A model generated the notes under the pieces. It ran no database searches. It saw only the letters and a program-made list of their open reading frames with translations, and was not told the DNA's origin. The position numbers were made by a program, and so were the translations under genes. Source: Sminthopsis crassicaudata (Eukaryota). From it: a stretch of 64,000 nt of DNA. How positions within the stretch are numbered: position 1 is the first letter of the stretch; each line of letters starts with the position of its first letter. The stretch is from contig NC_133617.1 in the NCBI RefSeq assembly GCF_048593235.1, positions 18,977,607 through 19,041,606 on the forward strand, given 5' to 3'. Positions 57,863 to 64,000 of this stretch are shown here, piece by piece.

Positions 57863-58156
57863 ACCATGTTTCTCTTCTACCCATTTGATTACTCCTTTTA
57901 ACCAAGGAAATGAATTTAATTTGGTATGGTTTGTCCTGAGTCAATCTGTCCAGGCTCCTACAGAAACTGCTCTCTTTTTCTCATTTTAATATTCTATTTA
58001 ATATTTCTTTCATAATGTTGCCAGGCTTAGATGTCAAACTTACGAGCCAGTCACTTCCAGAAGCCACCATTCCTCTCCCCCATTTTTCTGAAAATGGAGA
58101 CAACATTGGTCCATCTTCAGTCTTCTAGGGGCTAAAAACTACTGTTTCTTTTCACC

Positions 58157-58205
58157 ACTACCATCACCACCACCACCACCACCACCACCATCATCACCAT
58201 CATCA
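58157..58205. repeat. (CAC/CAT)n trinucleotide repeat
   Basis: Direct reading. Confidence 0.85.
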
Positions 58206-58935
58206 CAATCAACATATACAATTACTGGATACCTGTTATGTGAGGGGTACTGTCCTGGGTGCTAGAAAAAAAAAAAGTCTGATTTTAGACCATCAGGTGT
58301 GGGAATTGGAACAGGGGCTTTCTCTTTGGGAATTTCACCTGTTTGGGGGATGGCCATATGGGAAAGGAATGATGGGTTGTGTTTGATAGGATTTGTAAAG
58401 AGGTTCCTATCCTTGGATATGCAGTCATTCTAAAAGGTCAAAGCCATCCCAACCCAGGTGACCTGGGTGGATCATGTAACCACATCCTGGATATTTGGAG
58501 AAATGTTGAGAGTTCAATAAGACCAGGTTCTGGGGCTCCCTTTGATCTTGCACTTCCCACCCTTCCTCAGTTTTCTGTTATGCTTGAGATTGGATTCAGA
58601 AGGGGGAGGACTGGGTCCAGAATTCCTCTGAAATAGCAAACTTCCTCTACCGAGGCAGGACAGCCCCTTCTCTGTGGTTTATAATCTTAGAAGGCTGCCT
58701 GAAGTAACCAGGATTACATAGCCCTTTGAGGCAGGATTTGAACCCAAGACTTCCTGAATACAAGATCAGCTGTCTTTCCACTCCAGTACAGGATATTGCT
58801 CCTCAAATTCAAAACAGCCGTAGGAATTATACAACCATAAACCTACCCAAAAACAGCTCTATGTAGCTATATGTATATGTGTGTGAACTATATATACAAA
58901 ACCAAAACAACGCTAAAACTGTGTACAATATTATG

Positions 58936-59098
58936 NNNNNNNNNNNNNNNNNNNNNNNNNNNNNNNNNNNNNNNNNNNNNNNNNNNNNNNNNNNNNNNNN
59001 NNNNNNNNNNNNNNNNNNNNNNNNNNNNNNNNNNNNNNNNNNNNNNNNNNNNNNNNNNNNNNNNNNNNNNNNNNNNNNNNNNNNNNNNNNNNNNNNNN
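58936..59098. other. Assembly gap (163 N)
   Basis: Direct reading. Confidence 1.
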
Positions 59099-59129
59099 TA
59101 CTTACCAAATGTGTTCATTTGCTTCACCT

Positions 59130-59900
59130 GAGTTCAAATTCAGCCTCAAACACTACCACTTCCTACCCCAATTGCCTCACCAAAAATGAGACAGAAACAC
59201 TGACAGACAAAGGACAGTCTCCCTTTAAGAGCTTACAATCTAATGGAAGACACAACATTCAAAGCTATCGATAGAAAAAATAGAAGATAATTTATAGAGG
59301 GAAGTCATTGGAATTAAAAAGTAGAAGGAAAGGGTTTCCTGTAGAAGGTGGACTTTTAGTGGACATTTGAAGGAAACCAGGGAAGCAGAAAGTAGAGATG
59401 ACATTTTAGTTATGGGGCAGTCAATGGAAATGTCCGGAGTGGAAAGATGAAGCATCTTGTCATTGAATAGCAACAAGGAGGCTGGTGTATTTGGGGATGA
59501 GGCATAAGGTATAAGAAGACTAGAAGGTGGTGGGTCAAAAAAGACTTTGAATGCCAAACAGAGGATTTTATATTTGATCTTGGAAGCCATGGAGAATCAT
59601 GGGAGTTTATTTAAGTAGGAGAATGATATGGAGTTCGACCTGAACGTTAAGAAAATCAGTCTAATGATGTAATGAAAGAGTGGGGAGTGGGGAGACTTGG
59701 AGCAGATAGATCCCACCCTCCTAGCAGCTATTGTAATACTCTAGGGGATCAGAGCTTGTACCAGAGTGGTGGCCATGTCAGGGAGAGAAGGGCACATGTG
59801 TATTCAAGAGGTGTTAAAAAGGTGAAATCAGTGGAATTTGCCATGATTGTTAGGAAGTAGAGAGAGATAGTGAGGAACTTGTGAGACAGAGGGCCTGGGA
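59130..59900 (-). mobile_element. L2 relic(s); similar L2-like segments at about 31250-31720, 38540-39110 and 61290-61560
   Basis: GAGCTTACAATCTAATGG and GACTTTGAATGCCAAACAGAGGATTTTATATTTGATC motifs typical of L2. Confidence 0.55.
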
Positions 59901-60596
59901 GGATGGTGTATTCTCAAGATTCAATCCAATTTTTTGTCCTCTGATTGAGTGATCACCCATGATCACTCATGATCAAGCCTTAGCCTAAGGTCATGGGCCA
60001 AACTTTGAAGACCATTAGTGTAACACATTATGACATACTTTATCAAATACTTGGCTAAAATATAAATTCTATTTTTAACATTTAGCATTAAACATTTAAC
60101 AGTTTAGTAACCCAAAGAACCTAGCCTGCAAAGACAATGTAAATTGGGTCATTGATCCCAGAGGGAATGCTACATTTAAGGAGATGGGCAGTAGTTACCC
60201 TTAAGCATAGGAAAGATGGTGGCCCTATAGATCTCCGATACCTTTTCCATCCTGCAAATCCTGCACACCTCATTAACCACAGCTCAGACAACCTAGTCTT
60301 TTCATGGCTCACAGATATCACTCACACACGATTGTCTGATGGCAGACATCTTTGATGAGTGTAAAGGCCCCTGTTTTATGTCTTACCTCATAGGAAGAAT
60401 CAGTGCTTGTCAAATAATGTTCACCTGGTTGCCTGAAGCCCTTCCTCTGCCCTTTGATGCTACCATCCGAATAAGGTGGCTAAAGCCAACTCATACTAGC
60501 TCGACAATCGACTGTTAAATTTTTATTGTAAATACTTACAGAAATCAGCAAATACTACAAGTCAGGGCTTGATTTATTATTTGTTGTTTGTCTAAC

Positions 60597-60779
60597 CAAG
60601 GCTTCTTAAACTTTTTCCACTTGTTACCCCTGTTTCCTGGGAAATTTTTATGTGACCCCAGGTATATAAAATAGGTATACAAATCAAACATTTAATGATT
60701 ATAAATCATAATTTCACAATCCCCACATTCAGTTATGTAACTCCATATGGAGTCGTGATCCACAATGTAAGAAGCTTTG
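60597..60779 (+). mobile_element. Second hAT-type MITE family (TIR CAA(A/G)GCTTCTTAAACT)
   Basis: Terminal inverted repeats CAAGGCTTCTTAAACT / AATGTAAGAAGCTTTG. A homologous partial copy lies at 62461 in reverse. Confidence 0.7.
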
Positions 60780-60844
60780 GAGACTTAAGAAAATGGTGGG
60801 GGAAATGCTAATGATATATATTAACTTAAGAGTGTGCCCTGTGC

Positions 60845-61037
60845 ATGTATACATATATTGTATTTAATTTATACTTTAACATATTTAACATGTATTGGTC
60901 AACCTGCCATCTGGAGGGCGGGAAGGAGAGGAAAAATTAGAACAAAAGGTTTGGCAATTGTCAATGCTGTAAAATTACCCGTGCATATATCTGGTAAATA
61001 AAAACTATTAATAAAAAAATAAAAATTAAAAAAAGAA
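60845..61037 (+). mobile_element. Short L1 3' end with 17-bp TSD
   Basis: AAGAGTGTGCCCTGTGC (60828-60844) / AAGAGTGTGTCCTGTGC (61038-61054); A-rich tail. Confidence 0.88.
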
Positions 61038-62460
61038 AAGAGTGTGTCCTGTGCCCATTTTTTTTTCTTCTGGAAATCTGGGTATTAAACATTCACTAAC
61101 CCACCCCTGATATCGACTCATATTCATTATTTTTCTTACCTGCCCCTAGCATCCTACAATTTTTGGAAATGGTTTAGAGGTTTATAATATGTCAAGGAAT
61201 AGCTAGCAATCAGCACCCTCCCCACCTCCTATATTTTATAGAGTCTTGTATGATTTGAAGAATTGTAGACTCATAATGACATTATCATTTCAGAGTAATT
61301 CCATTTCTGATTTATCTTCAATAAAGTCTTCAACTTGACATTTAAAGCCCTCCACAATCTGGCTCCTTATGACCTTTCCAGACTATTATATGCTTCTCCC
61401 CTTCAGGCATGCTATAGTTTAATCTAACTGGCCCCTTTGCAATTCCTGGTACACAGCATCCCATTTCTCATTTCCATGTGTTTTTATAGGCTTCCCCCCA
61501 CCCATAACTAGAATGAACTCCTTCCTCTCTTCTGTCTCTTAGAATTCCCAGCTTCCTTCCAGAGGCCACTTCTTGTTAGCTGACGCCCTTTCTGATACAT
61601 ATAGTGATCTGTTTATGTTCAAAATATATCATAATTATGTGCTTCAATGTTTTATATGGAATATTCTCCCTTTTCCTCTCTGGCTTCTGGCTTCTTTCGT
61701 ATCCTAATCAACATCTCATCTTCTACAAAAAGCCTTTCCAAACAAAGTTCTAAAAATATTTTTACATGTAATTGGAAAAATTTAATAATAATAATAATAA
61801 AAACCTTTCCCAATTTCTCTTAATGTTAATAGTATCTCTCTCTGGATTATTTCCAGCTTCTCCTGTCTCTATCTTGTATGTCTATAGTTGTCTTTAGGTT
61901 ATCTCTCCCTTGAGAGAAGATCTTGTACTTTTATTGTATCCCCAGTACAAGTCCTGGTATACAGTAGGGGTTTAATAAATATTCACTGACTATTTTTCTA
62001 CCTCTCCAAATAGAAAGTAAATTTGAGGGCAGGAACTGGTTTTCAATTAGTCTCTAGATTCCCAGAGCCTAGCCCAGGATTAATAACAAGCAGATTTGCT
62101 TACTAAATAAATATTTTCTGCATGGAATTGAAGTGATGGAAGCGCCAGATATTTTGCCGTAAAGATTCTTTTTCATCAGACTCTCTTTCAAAGCAATTAA
62201 TGAAATGAAGACTGAGAAGGTTAAGTGACTTTCTAAGGTTAAAAAGGCTGAACTGAGCCTAGAAATCTGGTCTCCTGAGGTTTAATGCTCTTTCTACTGC
62301 AGCACACAGACTGAAATCTTATAAATCAGATAATCTTTCACATTTATAAGTGTTCTAAAAAAAAGGTTCATTCCTTCTCAGTCTTCTTTGCTGGATTTTC
62401 CATATTATGCCCTATAACTACAACATCTATACCAGCCCTTCTTGTCTTTTCCCTCTATAC

Positions 62461-62544
62461 CAAAGCTTCTTAAAACTGTGGGTCACAACTCCACGTGGGC
62501 TCTCATAACTAAATGTGGGGGTCACAAGATTATGACTTGTTTTC
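62461..62544 (-). mobile_element. Terminal part of a hAT MITE (same family as 60597-60779), interrupted by L1s
   Basis: Begins CAAAGCTTCTTAAAACTGTGGGTCAC, preceded by the Charlie-like target CTCTATAC. Confidence 0.7.
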
Positions 62545-62884
62545 TTTTTTAAAAATTAATTAATTAATTAAATTATTTTTACAAAAAATTTATGCATAGG
62601 CAATTTTACAGCATTGACAATTGCAAAACCTTTTCTTCCAACTTTTCCCCTCTTTTCTCCCACCTCCCCCCAGATGGCAGGTTGACCAATACATGTTAAA
62701 TATGTTAAAGTATAAATTAAATACAATATATGTATACATGTCCAGACAGTTGTTTTGCTGTACAAAAAGAATCGGACTTTGAAATAGAGTACAATTAGCC
62801 TGCGAAGGAAATCCATAATGCAGGCGGACAAAATTAGAGGAATTGGAAATTATATATAGTGGTTCATAGTCATCTCCCAGAGTT
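62545..62884 (-). mobile_element. L1 3' end, subfamily A (same type as 60845-61037)
   Basis: T-rich tail then reversed 3' UTR (CAGCATTGACAATTGCAAAACC...GATGGCAGGTTGACCAATAC). Confidence 0.85.
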
Positions 62885-62896
62885 TATGACATTTTC

Positions 62897-63270
62897 TTTT
62901 TTTTTATTAATTTTATAATTATAACATTTTTTGACAGTACATATGCATAGGTAATTTTTTACAACATTATCCCTTGCACTCCCTTCTGTTCCGAATTTTC
63001 CCCTCCTTCCCTCCACCCCCTCCCCTAGATGGCAGGCATTCCCATACATATTAAATATGTTGTAGTATATCCTAGATAAAATATATTCGTGCAGAACTGA
63101 ATTTTTTGTTGTTGTTGTTGTTGCAAAGGAAGAATTGGATTGGATTCGGAAGGTAAAAATAACCTGGGAAGAAAAACAAAAAATGTAAAGAGTTCACACT
63201 CATTTCCCAGTGTTCCTTCTCTGGATGTAGCTGATTCTATCCATCATTGATCAACTGGAACTGGATTAGA
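62897..63270 (-). mobile_element. L1 3' end, subfamily B
   Basis: Poly-T then reversed 3' UTR (ACAACATTATCCCTTGCACTC...TTGATCAACTGGAA). Confidence 0.85.
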
Positions 63271-63284
63271 TATGACTTATTTTC

Positions 63285-64000
63285 TTTTTTCTTCATTAAT
63301 TTTATAATTATAAATTTTTTGGCAGTATATATGCATGAGTAATTTTTTTATAACATTATCCCTTGTATTCATTTTTCCAGATTTTCCCCTCCCTCCCTCT
63401 ACTCCCTCCCCTAGATGACAGGCAATCCCATACATTTTACATGTGTTACAGTATAACCTAGATACAATATATGTGTGTAAATCCAATTTTCTTGTTGCAA
63501 GTTAAGTATTGGATTCTGAAGGTATAAGTAACCTGGGTAGATTGACAGTAGTGCTAATATTTTACATTCAATTCCCAGTGTTCCTTCTCTGGGTGTAGTT
63601 GTTTCTGTCCATCATTGATCAACTGGAAGTGAGTTGGATCTTCTTTATGTTGAAGATTTCCACTTCCATCAGAATACCTCTTCATACAGTATTGTTATTG
63701 AAGTATATAGTGATCTTCTGGTTCTGCTCATTTCACTCAGCATCAGTTCATGCAAGTCTCTGCAAGCCTCTCTGTATTCCTCCTGCTGGTCATTTCTTAC
63801 CGAGCAATAATATTCCATAACCTTCATATACCACAACTTACCCAACCATTCTCCAATTGATGGACATCCATTCATCTTCCAGTTTCTGGCCACTACGAAA
63901 AGAGCTGCCACAAACATTTTGGCACATACGGGTCTCTTTCCGCTCTTTAGTATTTCTTTGGGATATAAGCCCAATAACAGCAATGCTGGGTCAAAGGGTA
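63285..64000 (-). mobile_element. L1 3' UTR plus ORF2 C-terminus, subfamily C (related to 40959-41678); continues past the window edge
   Basis: Open ORF2 end LLLGLYPKEILKSGKRPVCAKMFVAALF...YEEVF* on the minus strand. Confidence 0.92.

Larger units (their letters stand above)
60473..61109 (+). mobile_element. MER63-like hAT relic carrying two nested insertions
   Basis: GCCAACTCATACTAGCTCG...CTGTTAAATTT...GTCAGGGCTTGATTTATT resembles MER63 (recall). The sequence resumes after each insertion. Confidence 0.5.

Noticed and set aside
43461-59098. Two N runs (43461-43589, 58936-59098) and the ORFs spanning them
   Set aside because: These are assembly gaps, and the poly-X ORFs are artefacts. The USP30 CDS is complete without them.
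60121-60355. Overlapping 66-67 aa ORFs as SVOP or another gene
   Set aside because: No transporter-like sequence or convincing splice sites. SVOP is expected further right, outside the window.
1-64000. CRISPR arrays, operons, rRNA/tRNA genes
   Set aside because: None seen. The repeated ~150-bp units are dispersed tRNA-derived SINEs, not functional tRNAs or spaced arrays.

Overview
Eukaryotic genomic DNA from a marsupial, most likely a dasyurid. That call rests on WSINE1/Mar1-type CORE-SINEs, marsupial L1s and OC1-like hAT MITEs, and is from recall, not a database search. The window is the conserved ACACB-UNG-ALKBH2-USP30 block, reversed relative to human. Three complete genes were reconstructed by hand with GT-AG junctions and consistent reading frames: UNG (-; nuclear UNG2 309 aa, mitochondrial UNG1 303 aa, from alternative first exons), ALKBH2 (+; 260 aa) and USP30 (-; 13 coding exons, 517 aa). 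Two candidate 5' exons of ACACB (-) lie at the left end and are assigned by synteny only. There are three CpG-island promoters, many SINE/L1/L2/hAT relics and two assembly gaps. No prokaryotic features, CRISPR arrays, rRNA or tRNA genes were seen, and I found no convincing new biological system. The most interesting observations are: three different L1 3' ends stacked at the same ~14-bp target sequence; back-to-back poly(A) signals where ALKBH2 and USP30 converge; four OC1-like MITEs; a signal-peptide-like in-frame non-AUG extension upstream of UNG2; strong-Kozak ATGs in both putative ACACB leader exons; and a 166-nt pure pyrimidine tract ahead of a cryptic acceptor in USP30 intron 1.
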